A stretch of DNA of 64,000 bases from Promethearchaeota archaeon (GTDB lineage Archaea; Asgardarchaeota; Lokiarchaeia; Sigyniarchaeales; SOKP01), in NCBI GenBank assembly GCA_019058365.1, contig JAHPZE010000016.1, positions 1-64,000 on the forward strand, read 5' to 3'. This document shows positions 49,567-61,579 of the stretch, piece after piece. How positions within the stretch are numbered: the first letter of the stretch is position 1; every line of letters starts with the position of its first letter. The notes under the pieces are model-generated. The model had not been told where the DNA came from. It worked only from the letters and a program-made list of their open reading frames with translations, and searched no databases. A program made the translations under genes and the position numbers.

Positions 49567-50118
49567 ATGTCTGGGGATCATCAAAAATATATTGTATTCA
49601 AAATAGCTCTTCTTGGGGATACTGCCGTCGGAAAAACCTCTCTGGTTGATATGTATACCCAACATCGATTTAAAGAGGATTACAAACCGACTTTAGGAGT
49701 TTCAATATGTGTGAAAGAATTAACAAGCAAAAGAATAAATACTCAAATTCGATTGATCATTTGGGATATTGCTGGTCAAGAAAAATATGTTTTGAGTAGA
49801 AAGATGTTTTTTCAAGGAGTTATGGGAGCCCTTCTTGTGTATGATATAACCAGGTATTCTACATTTGAAAATATTGAATCTAAATGGTTAATAGATTTAA
49901 ATGAATATGGTGACCAAGATTTAGCTTATATTTTAATCGGAAATAAGATTGATTTAGAAGATTCAAAAGTGGTTGCATTTAAAGATGGTGAAAAGCTAGG
50001 TCAGAAAATTAATGCAAGTGCTTTTATTGAAACAAGTGCTAAATATGGTGAAAATGTAGAAAAAGCTTTTGAAAAATTAGTTTTTCAAATATTAAAGAAT
50101 GAAGGAATTGAAACTTAA
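49567..50118 (+). CDS. Rab-like small GTPase
   Basis: GDTAVGKT, PTLG, WDIAGQE, NKID, ETSAK. Confidence 0.95.
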   Translation: MSGDHQKYIVFKIALLGDTAVGKTSLVDMYTQHRFKEDYKPTLGVSICVKELTSKRINTQIRLIIWDIAGQEKYVLSRKMFFQGVMGALLVYDITRYSTFENIESKWLIDLNEYGDQDLAYILIGNKIDLEDSKVVAFKDGEKLGQKINASAFIETSAKYGENVEKAFEKLVFQILKNEGIET

Positions 50119-50134
50119 AAAAAGGTAAATAAAT

Positions 50135-50566
50135 ATGAAGAGTATCGAAACTAAAACTAAACGAGTTATTATCGGAAAGATTGAACCTGATGAAGATTTA
50201 ATAGATGCTATAATCGTCATAGTAAATAAACACAGAATTACCTCTGGATTGATTAATTGTATTGGAGCTTTAAAAAAATTCACAATTGGATATTTTGATA
50301 TTGAATCTAGAAGATATTTAACTAAGACAATTGATGAGTATGTAGAATTGGTATCTTGTATGGGAAATATATTCTTCAAGAATGGCGAACCAATAGTTCA
50401 TTTACATTTCTCTATAGGAACAAGGGATTATAATATTATTGGAGGTCATTTACTCCAACCAAGTATAGTCTCAGTAACAGGCGAAGTTTGTATCTTAGAA
50501 ATTGAAAAAAAGTTAGAAAGATCAAATGATATGAAATTTAATTTATCATTATTAGATTTGGAATGA
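50135..50566 (+). CDS. PPC domain (DUF296) protein
   Basis: IGAL, ELVS..GN, HLH, GGHL, TGE. Confidence 0.9.
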   Translation: MKSIETKTKRVIIGKIEPDEDLIDAIIVIVNKHRITSGLINCIGALKKFTIGYFDIESRRYLTKTIDEYVELVSCMGNIFFKNGEPIVHLHFSIGTRDYNIIGGHLLQPSIVSVTGEVCILEIEKKLERSNDMKFNLSLLDLE

Positions 50567-50572
50567 TTTAAA

Positions 50573-51127
50573 ATGACAGAAAGAGATAAGAGGAAATGGG
50601 CAATTAAATTAACTGTATTAGGAGATCAAGCAGTAGGGAAAACCTCTTTAATTAAAAAATATGTTACTGGAGCTTTTGAAATGGATTATCATCCAACATT
50701 AGGAGTAGATATAACACTTAAAGATCTCGTTCTCGATGAGATTAATTCTGAGGTTCGCCTAATCTTGTGGGATATTGCTGGTCAAAATAAATATGAATTG
50801 ACTAGAAAAATGTTTTTTCAAGGATGTGTTGGAGCTTTATTAATCTATGATGTGACAAGACCCTCAACTTTTAAAAATGTAACTGCGAAATGGTTAAATG
50901 ACTTTAAACAATATGGACGCTCAAACGCAATATTTATTCTGATTGGGAATAAAGTAGATATGGAGGATTCAATAAAAGTACATTCTGAAGACGGAATAAA
51001 GTTATCCAAAGAGCTAAAGGCGATAGATTTTATTGAAACAAGTGCAAAATATGGTAAAAATGTTGAAAAAGCATTTGAAAAATTAGTTATGCATGTATTA
51101 AACAATCTTAGTGGAAAATCAAATTAA
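50573..51127 (+). CDS. Rab-like small GTPase
   Basis: GDQAVGKT, WDIAGQN, NKVD, ETSAK. Confidence 0.95.
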   Translation: MTERDKRKWAIKLTVLGDQAVGKTSLIKKYVTGAFEMDYHPTLGVDITLKDLVLDEINSEVRLILWDIAGQNKYELTRKMFFQGCVGALLIYDVTRPSTFKNVTAKWLNDFKQYGRSNAIFILIGNKVDMEDSIKVHSEDGIKLSKELKAIDFIETSAKYGKNVEKAFEKLVMHVLNNLSGKSN

Positions 51128-51144
51128 AAAAAATTAAAACCGAA

Positions 51145-51711
51145 ATGATTGGAGATTATAAAGGAATTGTAAAAAATAAGGTTGTCATAGCACTACTCCA
51201 GGCATATCATGATATCCTTGATTATGATGGAATGAAATCAATTCTAAGAGAAGCAGAAATGATTTATCTAAAGGATATAGGAAACGAAAATCCTAATGAT
51301 ATAATAGATTATTTTTCTTTTAAAAAAATCATTTCTGCTCAAAATTGTTTATTATATGATTCTTCAAAACTCCTCTATGAAATTGGTAAAAAAATGGCAT
51401 TTTATTTATTCCCATTTGGTAAAAGTCTTGAAGAGATAATCAATGAAATTAATACTTCTATTATTACAGATTGGAAAGTTGAAATTTTAGATAATAGTGA
51501 AAATGAAATAACCGTTCAAGTTGATAGGTGCATCTTCTGTTCTGAGATTGGAGTTCCTTGTGATTTATTTATTGGATTTTTAGTTCATTCATTACAGAAA
51601 TCATTACCCTCAGAACAAATGGTTACATGCAAAAGAGAAAATGAAGATATAAACGATCCAACTCACAATAGTTTTATTGTTAAATTAAAAATTGGGAAAA
51701 ATATTAAATAA
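51145..51711 (+). CDS. V4R-like domain protein
   Basis: LLYEIGK, CIFC.....PC....G pattern. Confidence 0.6.
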   Translation: MIGDYKGIVKNKVVIALLQAYHDILDYDGMKSILREAEMIYLKDIGNENPNDIIDYFSFKKIISAQNCLLYDSSKLLYEIGKKMAFYLFPFGKSLEEIINEINTSIITDWKVEILDNSENEITVQVDRCIFCSEIGVPCDLFIGFLVHSLQKSLPSEQMVTCKRENEDINDPTHNSFIVKLKIGKNIK

Positions 51712-51839
51712 TTTTTTGAAGAAGATAATATTAGTATAATTTATTGAAGAAATCCTTATATTTGTAATTAAAAAAATATCATATATCAAATTTGAAATAA
51801 AGTATTAAATATACTTACAACAAAATAATAAATTGCACA

Positions 51840-52394
51840 ATGACAAGAGAAGAAACTAGTGAATTACGTGAATTCGTTTTTAAAATAACTATTTTAGGAG
51901 ATGCAGCAGTGGGCAAAACTTCATTGATTAGCCAATTTGTAGAAGGATCATTTCAAGAAGATTATAAACCCACATTAGGAGCTAATATTGTACGAAAAGA
52001 TGTAAATCTTGATAATGCAAGAGTCAGATTAATCATGTGGGATTTAGCTGGTCAAGAAAAATATCAAGTTGTTCGTAGTATGTACTTTCAAGGATGTCAG
52101 GGCGCTCTACTCGTTTATGACGTAACGCGCTATAATACATTAGATAATATTAATACGAAATGGTTAAGAGACTTTAAAAAACATGTAAAAAAGAAAGGAG
52201 CATTCATCTTAATAGGAAATAAAAGTGATTTAAAAGATCAGAGAGTAATACCTACAGAACGAGGACAAGAATTAGCTACTAAAATTAAAGCTAGCCATTT
52301 TATTGAAACAAGTGCAAAACTCGGAGAAAATATTGAAGAGGCTTTTTCTCTCCTAGTACATCAAATTTTAAGTGATCATGGGGTTAATCTTTAA
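51840..52394 (+). CDS. Rab-like small GTPase
   Basis: GDAAVGKT, WDLAGQE, NKSD, ETSAK. Confidence 0.95.
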   Translation: MTREETSELREFVFKITILGDAAVGKTSLISQFVEGSFQEDYKPTLGANIVRKDVNLDNARVRLIMWDLAGQEKYQVVRSMYFQGCQGALLVYDVTRYNTLDNINTKWLRDFKKHVKKKGAFILIGNKSDLKDQRVIPTERGQELATKIKASHFIETSAKLGENIEEAFSLLVHQILSDHGVNL

Positions 52395-52483
52395 AAAATT
52401 TTAATAATCTCAAAAAACTCTTTTTTGTATCAGCATATTAACAAGCAGACTTTTTTAATATTTTACTATAAAGAAAATTAATC

Positions 52484-53635
52484 ATGAAAGAAACTTCCCA
52501 TAGAGTATCTAAAGCTCCAAAATCAGCAATTAGAGAGTTATTCGATCTTGCTTCAGGGCGTCCAGATGTAATTAGTTTAGGTATTGGACAACCAGATTTT
52601 CCCACGCCAGAACCAGCAATACAAGGAAATATTGATGCCTTAAAAAAAAAAATTACGATGTATGCTCCTACAAGAGGAGTTCCGGAATTATTAGAATTGA
52701 TAGAAGAAAAAATGCGAAGGAAAAATAAGATTAATACAAATTGGAAAGAAAATATAATTGTTACTAATGGAGCTAGTCAAGCAGTTACTTTAGCATTTGC
52801 TTCACTCTTTAATCCAGGAGATGAATTGATTATTTCTTCGCCGAATTTTGTTTCTTACTTTTATTGTGCATTATTTTTTGGTGTTAAAGTAATAGAAGTT
52901 AAACGAAACAAAGATTTTAGTCCCAATATTGAAGGAATAAGAAATTCAATCACCCCTAAGACTAAAGCGATGTTAATTAATTCTCCAAATAATCCTACTG
53001 GTCATATACTATCTTCAACTGAATTAAAAGATATTGTTGATATTATTATCGAAAAAGATCTATATTTGATAACAGATGAAGTCTATGAAAATTATGTCTA
53101 TGATGGATTAAAACATATTAGTCCAGCCTCTCTAGATGGTATGTTTGAAAGGACAATTACCGTAAATGCGATGTCAAAATTATTTTCTGCCACAGGATTT
53201 AGAATTGGATATGCAGTTGCTTCAAAAGCTATTATTGACTTAATGGAAAAATTTCATCAATATACAGTAGCAGGAACTAATCATGCTGCACAATATGGTT
53301 TTATTGAAGCTTTAAAAATGGGTATTGGTTTTTTTAAAGAAATTTGGGAGAGTTTTAATGAACGACGAAATTTAGTTTATAATAGATTAAAAGAAATTGG
53401 TTTTAATCTTGTAAAACCACACGGAGCGTTTTATATGATGCCTTCAACTGAAAAATTCAATTTGACAGGTTCCCAATTTTCGCAGAGAATTATGGAGAAA
53501 CAAGCAATAGCAATTGTTCCTGGAAATATATTCGGGTCATTTTCAGATAATATGATAAGAATATCATATGCTACTGAAATAGAAAAGCTTAAGGAAGCAA
53601 TGAACAGAATTGAGAAATTTGTTCTCAAATTATAA
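52484..53635 (+). CDS. Class I/II PLP-dependent aminotransferase (aspartate aminotransferase-like)
   Basis: IGQPDF, NSPNNPTG, DEVY, SK....GFRIG. Confidence 0.92.
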   Translation: MKETSHRVSKAPKSAIRELFDLASGRPDVISLGIGQPDFPTPEPAIQGNIDALKKKITMYAPTRGVPELLELIEEKMRRKNKINTNWKENIIVTNGASQAVTLAFASLFNPGDELIISSPNFVSYFYCALFFGVKVIEVKRNKDFSPNIEGIRNSITPKTKAMLINSPNNPTGHILSSTELKDIVDIIIEKDLYLITDEVYENYVYDGLKHISPASLDGMFERTITVNAMSKLFSATGFRIGYAVASKAIIDLMEKFHQYTVAGTNHAAQYGFIEALKMGIGFFKEIWESFNERRNLVYNRLKEIGFNLVKPHGAFYMMPSTEKFNLTGSQFSQRIMEKQAIAIVPGNIFGSFSDNMIRISYATEIEKLKEAMNRIEKFVLKL

Positions 53636-53691
53636 AAATACTTATTATAATTACGCCTTCAAAGGTGCCGAAGTTAATGGATTAATCAAAT

Positions 53692-53890
53692 CTATACATA
53701 ATCAACTTCAAATGATGTTTTAGGCAGTACTTCAGCACCCTTACTTATAACAAGGGTAGGTGACTCAAGTCAAAGACCTCCTAGTCAGGAGGAGTAAATA
53801 CAATTACTGCAATTTCTACTATTTTTTCTTCAAATTCTGAATATCCCCAATCCTTATCGGGAACAACTAAAGGAGCAGATTTATTAGCAT
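53692..53890 (-). pseudogene. Degenerate copy of the 3' end of the M24 peptidase gene
   Basis: DNA colinear with 55165-55365 (aatcaacttcaaatg, aacaagggtagg, ccccaatcctta), with a stop codon and indels. Confidence 0.85.
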
Positions 53891-54155
53891 GAAATTAAGT
53901 TTCTATACTTGATGCCAAATCTCTAAGTATTTAAAGTTCGAAAGGTGCGAAGTTAGATATTTGTAATTTTAAACCTTCTAGGTTTAGATACAAAATATAT
54001 ACATCATTTGGAGAAACCTCAAGTAATTTAGCTTAGATTTTTTTCTAAACATCACCCAAGATCAAAATTTGATTAATTATTCAAAATCCATAAACAAATG
54101 AAAATATTTATATATCAAAATTAGTTATGCCTAAATAACGTTAAAGAAATTTTAG

Positions 54156-55064
54156 ATGAGAATAAAGGTGAGGGTGGTAGAGATGAAAAATCAAAGGATT
54201 TCCAAATTTTATAAGGATTTATCCCCGGATCTTTATCAATATCTTGTGGAATATAGAAAAAATCATCCCATAAAGATTATTATGTTCAGAAATAAGGAAA
54301 TAGAATATATTAGCTGTGGAACTGGTGAAAAAGCCGTTCTTACCTTTCATGGAGCACTTGGAAATGCTGAGGGTAATTTTCAAGCTATACAATTTTTTGA
54401 AAAAAATTATAGGGTTGTTGCCCCATCAATTACTAACTTTGAAAGTTTGGATGAATTTAGTGAAGGAATAAATGAAATTTTAAAAAAGGAAAATGTGGAA
54501 AAATGTATATTAATAGGTCAGAGTTTTGGAAGTTTTATGGCTCAACCGTATTTCCATAGAAATTATAAAAATATAGAGGCGCTTATTCTTATTAATAGCT
54601 ATCCTCCAAAAAATGAATGGGTAAACGATTTTAAAAAATACAATAAGGTGCTTAAGTTCATACCGGCTTTTCTATTAAGGAAGTTGATGTCAAAAAAACT
54701 TTTAAAATTAGCCAATGAAGATAAAGAAATGAAAACTGAAATTCGGGAGGAATTTAAGTTTACAATAGCTTTTACAAAAGAAAGGTTTAGTAAAATAGAG
54801 AAAAGTGTCATACTATGTCAATCAATTCTCACTGGTGAATTCAATGGTGAAAAATATAGTATAGAAGATTATGACGGGTGGGATGGTAAAGTTCTTATAT
54901 TTACAGCGAATGATGATAATGGATTTCCTTATCATGAGGAATTAAGAAGCCAATATCCCAATGTGGAAGAAATAATATTTGAGAATGTAGGGCATATGGG
55001 CACTTTACTCAATAGAGATGAATATCATGCTACTTTAAACAGATTTTTGGATTCATTAAATTAA
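54156..55064 (+). CDS. Alpha/beta hydrolase
   Basis: HGALG, GQSFG, GH; likely start ATG 54183. Confidence 0.85.
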   Translation: MRIKVRVVEMKNQRISKFYKDLSPDLYQYLVEYRKNHPIKIIMFRNKEIEYISCGTGEKAVLTFHGALGNAEGNFQAIQFFEKNYRVVAPSITNFESLDEFSEGINEILKKENVEKCILIGQSFGSFMAQPYFHRNYKNIEALILINSYPPKNEWVNDFKKYNKVLKFIPAFLLRKLMSKKLLKLANEDKEMKTEIREEFKFTIAFTKERFSKIEKSVILCQSILTGEFNGEKYSIEDYDGWDGKVLIFTANDDNGFPYHEELRSQYPNVEEIIFENVGHMGTLLNRDEYHATLNRFLDSLN

Positions 55065-55164
55065 AAAAATATTTTCTTTTAAGATTTATATATTTTTATA
55101 GCAATTAGTAACTTTTTATTAAAATAAATTATATTTAATTATTCTTAAGATGAATAAATCAATT

Positions 55165-56367
55165 CTATATATAATCAACTTCAAATGGTGTTTTAGGGAG
55201 TACTTTCGCACCTTTACTTGTAACAAGGGTAGGAGACTCTAGTCGAAGGCCTCCAAGTCCAGGACGATTAAATACTATTGCTGCTATTTCAACCATGTTC
55301 TCCTCAAATGTTAAATGACCCCAATCCTTACCGGGAACTACAACGGGGGAAGATTCATTTCCTATGATGCCTATCGAGTGTCCCAAACCGAAAAAAAGAT
55401 CATTAGGATATCCCGCTTTTTCAGCCACTTTATGCACTTCTTGATAGCAATTATCGAATGTATTTCCCACATACATATTGTCAATAAGAGTATAGCATAG
55501 TTGTTCATATACTTCATTGAACTTCTTAAGCTCAGTGGGACATGATCCAAGAATATAATTATGGCTTAGATCTCCTAGATAACATCCATATTCGCTATGT
55601 AAGTCTACAAGTAACGATTCTCCTTCTTTAACTTTTTTATTTGTCGCAGGTGTGCATCCATTAAATGTCCATGCTGTACGATAACCTGAGCCAATCTCCT
55701 GACTTCCTGTAAAAGTCCATTCATAATTGCTACCTGCCTTTCTCATAGCTAAAGTACCTATTCCCGCAATCTCATTTTCAGTAAATACTTTCCCCTCAGG
55801 GCGTTCATTTAATTCTCTCTTAACAATTTCTTGTCCAATATCAGTGATTTCGGACGCTTTACGAAGCATAGCAATCTCCTCTGGTTCTTTGATAAATTGA
55901 ATTCTCTCGGTTTTATCATTAAAATCAACGAATTCACATCCAGGAAACACTTTCTTTAGTAATTCTGCTTCAGTATATGAGAGCATTTGACCAGTTACAC
56001 AAATATCTAATCCCAATTCTACACCTATTTTGGGAACAGATCCTTTAGGATTAAACACCCCTGCTTTTTTAGCTGCTTTTTCTAGTTTTTTTTCTATATA
56101 AAATACTTTGAGAGGCCCCCATCCACTAATATTTTTTAAATATCCCTCCGCTCTTATTCTTTCTACATCTAGGAGTACCGTAAATAATTCTGGTTCTCCC
56201 ATTCCTTCTTTCGGGAGAAAAAGATAACTTTTCCATGGAACAAAACATCCCGTCAAATAAGTAATAGATTTTACCCTTGTTAGAACACAAAAATCAAGAT
56301 TTAATTCTTCCATCGCCACTTGATATTTTTTCATATGACCTTTCCAATCTACTTTTATATCATTCAT
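55165..56367 (-). CDS. M24 (Xaa-Pro peptidase/creatinase) family protein
   Basis: Creatinase-like N-domain, K.PEEI..LR, D..D ligands, GHSIG, GLRLE. Confidence 0.8.
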   Translation of the reverse strand: MNDIKVDWKGHMKKYQVAMEELNLDFCVLTRVKSITYLTGCFVPWKSYLFLPKEGMGEPELFTVLLDVERIRAEGYLKNISGWGPLKVFYIEKKLEKAAKKAGVFNPKGSVPKIGVELGLDICVTGQMLSYTEAELLKKVFPGCEFVDFNDKTERIQFIKEPEEIAMLRKASEITDIGQEIVKRELNERPEGKVFTENEIAGIGTLAMRKAGSNYEWTFTGSQEIGSGYRTAWTFNGCTPATNKKVKEGESLLVDLHSEYGCYLGDLSHNYILGSCPTELKKFNEVYEQLCYTLIDNMYVGNTFDNCYQEVHKVAEKAGYPNDLFFGLGHSIGIIGNESSPVVVPGKDWGHLTFEENMVEIAAIVFNRPGLGGLRLESPTLVTSKGAKVLPKTPFEVDYI

Positions 56368-56496
56368 GATAAAACTCTCTTTAATTATTCAAATAATAAT
56401 ATTTAGATAATGTCTCTAATAAAATTTTACAAAATTAATAGAGAATTAGATATGCAAAATATGGATATAATTAAAAATATATTATAGAAATTTTAA

Positions 56497-58830
<2,334 letters not shown>

Positions 58831-58847
58831 TTATAATAAAGTAATTA

Positions 58848-59657
58848 TTAGAGATCTTCATTAATTTGGATGTTTAAATTATGTTCTAAATAAAATTTAA
58901 ATGATTTTGATATCTCTGGTTCGTTTAGAGTTCTATTTTTATTTAGTTTCACATAATTTTTTCTTAATTTAATAATTCTCTTTTTCAATGGTAAATACCT
59001 TGAGAGATGTAAAAGTCTTCCTACGTAAATCCTTGTAATTTTATCAAGATTTTCATTATCCAAATTTGAAATTTCGCTCTCAAATTCTAAGGATTTAAGT
59101 TCAAATTTTTTATTATCCCTTTTTATAAGGATGTTCTCTAAAAAATCCTCTACTAAAGGGTTTAGCTCTGCCATTTGTGAAAGATCATATACTGCATCCG
59201 TAACATCCCACTTATATCTATTAAAATTATCAAATTTTTCATGAATTTTTTTAATAACCATATTTGGAATAGGTTCCCCTCTTTTTTCATTCCACTTCAA
59301 ACAAATTTCAATGGGAGTAGCTATATGAATAATAAAAAAAAAAATCTTGAGCGTTTCGGCAATATCTCTTAAATCATGTCTCATACTGGAGTAATAGTTT
59401 AAATCATCGCTAATTACTATGTGCCCCTTTTCTAATTCACTTTTTATTTTTTTAAGGTTCTCTTTTCTAATGATGTATTCTTTTTCATAATCAAATTTAT
59501 CTTCAGACAATTTTTGTCTTATTATATCAGGATCAATGATTTTAACATCTAAATTATTATATCTTTTTTTAATTGCAGACTTTAATAATTTTGCAAAGGT
59601 ACTTTTACCAGAAGCAGGTAATCCTACTAAACAGATTAAAAAATTTTGGTTATCCAA
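58848..59657 (-). CDS. pstK: L-seryl-tRNA(Sec) kinase (PSTK)/Kti12-like P-loop kinase
   Basis: LVGLPASGKST, D.IR, DD.NYY.SMR, N..R, Y.WD. Confidence 0.7.
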   Translation of the reverse strand: MDNQNFLICLVGLPASGKSTFAKLLKSAIKKRYNNLDVKIIDPDIIRQKLSEDKFDYEKEYIIRKENLKKIKSELEKGHIVISDDLNYYSSMRHDLRDIAETLKIFFFIIHIATPIEICLKWNEKRGEPIPNMVIKKIHEKFDNFNRYKWDVTDAVYDLSQMAELNPLVEDFLENILIKRDNKKFELKSLEFESEISNLDNENLDKITRIYVGRLLHLSRYLPLKKRIIKLRKNYVKLNKNRTLNEPEISKSFKFYLEHNLNIQINEDL

Positions 59658-59669
59658 TAAAGAAATCGC

Positions 59670-59963
59670 CTAAATTGTATTAATACTTATATTCTTTATT
59701 AATTCTCGCTTTTGTTGTCTTGAAAAAGCTTTTATTTGTAATTCTCTTTGCATTGCTTCCTTTCTACTTCGATAAGATTCGAAATATTTTAACTCAATTT
59801 TTTTCTTACCCTTACAGAATTTAGCACCCATCCCACTTCGATGTTCATGCCATCTCCTATAAAGATTATTGGTGTATCCCGTGTAGTAACTTCTTTTTCC
59901 AGTCTTAGCAATAACTTCTAAAATATAAACATAGTATACATTCATATAAAATCCTCTATGCAA
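59670..59963 (-). CDS. GIY-YIG nuclease (UPF0213)
   Basis: YYVYIL, YTGYTNNL.RR..EH..G.GAK, A..RE..IK. Confidence 0.9.
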   Translation of the reverse strand: MHRGFYMNVYYVYILEVIAKTGKRSYYTGYTNNLYRRWHEHRSGMGAKFCKGKKKIELKYFESYRSRKEAMQRELQIKAFSRQQKRELIKNISINTI

Positions 59964-60157
59964 TAAATCAACATTGTATTATTTATTTTTTTAGGCGATC
60001 TCTATAAATTTAGTTTAATTTTACAAGCATGCCTTCAAATATTTATTATATATATTACGATATCATAATTGATTAATTAAGAAAATAAGAATTAAATTTT
60101 TAATAATAAACGATTATTTAATTATTAAGATTCAAATTAGATGCCAAATTAGAACCT

Positions 60158-60793
60158 ATGCCAAACGGGATCTTTTTAATTCGATGGGATATAGTTGAGG
60201 GGGGAATGATTCATTTAAAATATCCAGAAGCCCTAGAGATCCCAGATCCAGTTGTTCAACAAATAACAATATCGCATAACTTTACTGAATCTTATATTAT
60301 TACAGAAGAGAAAAATTGGAACTCAGTTTCTTATTATAATGAACATAAGGAAATGATACTTGTTTTAGTTTTAAGTAAATATGATGATGGTAATGATTAT
60401 TTAGAAATTCTTGAAAAATTTAATCAAGAAATTGAAAAAGAAACAGACGAAGAAAAATTAAAAGAACATCTGGAAAGTATGTTTCTTATCAGTTTGGATG
60501 CATTCCGAACCACTGATGAAGTTATTACAAAATTAAGTAATGAAGTTGCCTTTTTGAAAACACGAGAATATGATTATGACGTTAAATTCGATTATATCAC
60601 AAAATCAAATCACTTATCAGTGAAAAGTAAAATATTATTTTTGTTAGCAATAAAAGATACAGTAAAGTTAGAAGATTTTAAACGAGTGATAAACACAAAC
60701 AAACGATGGTTATTAAATGTTCTTGAAACGCTTGTAAAAAATGAAGTTATAGGATACAACTCTGAGAAAAATTTTTATTTTTTGAGGATATGA
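60158..60793 (+). CDS. uDENN/longin-like domain protein with C-terminal winged helix
   Basis: GIFLI.WD...G......YP N-terminal motif; C-terminal L..L....VI.Y......Y wHTH. Confidence 0.55.
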   Translation: MPNGIFLIRWDIVEGGMIHLKYPEALEIPDPVVQQITISHNFTESYIITEEKNWNSVSYYNEHKEMILVLVLSKYDDGNDYLEILEKFNQEIEKETDEEKLKEHLESMFLISLDAFRTTDEVITKLSNEVAFLKTREYDYDVKFDYITKSNHLSVKSKILFLLAIKDTVKLEDFKRVINTNKRWLLNVLETLVKNEVIGYNSEKNFYFLRI

Positions 60794-61074
60794 ATGAATC
60801 TAAGATAAAAGTTAAAGTATTTGGATATGTTCAAGGCGTTTTTTTTCGTTATACTACTCGAAAATTTGCTCGAAATTTAGGTTTAACGGGATATGTTAAA
60901 AATATGCCAGATGGAACCGTCTATATCGAAGCAGAAGGGGCTAAAGATAAATTAAATGAACTTTTAGAATTTTCTAAACATGGACCTAAGTATGCTAGAG
61001 TAGAAAAAGTTGAATATGAATATTCACAGCCAACAAATGAATTCAAGGAATTTGATTACATGATTGAATACTAA
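60790..61074 (+). CDS. acyP: Acylphosphatase
   Basis: G.VQGVFFR, GYVKN.PDG.V, GP. Confidence 0.95.
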   Translation: MNESKIKVKVFGYVQGVFFRYTTRKFARNLGLTGYVKNMPDGTVYIEAEGAKDKLNELLEFSKHGPKYARVEKVEYEYSQPTNEFKEFDYMIEY

Positions 61075-61160
61075 TTTTTCTGAAGAAATTTGATAAAAAC
61101 ATCGAAGATAATATCTTAGTAACACTTTCTTTCAAAAAGGACGGTTTAAATTCTTTATTT

Positions 61161-61499
61161 ATGTCGGTTTTCTTAAAACGAAATGAATATTTAAAGATGT
61201 TCCAAACATTAAACCATAATAAAATTAGATTTCAAACACCTTTAATTCTAAGAATGTTTGGTGCTTTGAATAAAATAAACATGAGAAATGAAAATAGGTA
61301 TATAATATGTAATTTCCTTGACCAATATAGTGATAAAATAGGTCTCAACATAGATATTTATGAGAGTAATAATAATAAATCTCTTAATCAACTACTTCTA
61401 TTAGCACTTAACAAAGCTAAAGAATTTAATTTGGTTGAAGTATTATATAATGAATACATTAATTCTATTAATGCTATTAACACAAAGAAATCTATTTGA
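61161..61499 (+). CDS. Hypothetical protein
   Basis: 112-aa ORF filling a gap. Confidence 0.55.
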   Translation: MSVFLKRNEYLKMFQTLNHNKIRFQTPLILRMFGALNKINMRNENRYIICNFLDQYSDKIGLNIDIYESNNNKSLNQLLLLALNKAKEFNLVEVLYNEYINSINAINTKKSI

Positions 61500-61579
61500 A
61501 AATCTTTTTTGAATTTCCATTAGACAGGATTAGTTAAGCAAAAAAATAAAATTATATAATTAATAGGGATAAAAATTTT

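Noticed and set aside
59670-59963. Homing endonuclease or mobile element
   Set aside because: Stand-alone UPF0213-size GIY-YIG protein with no intron or transposon context.
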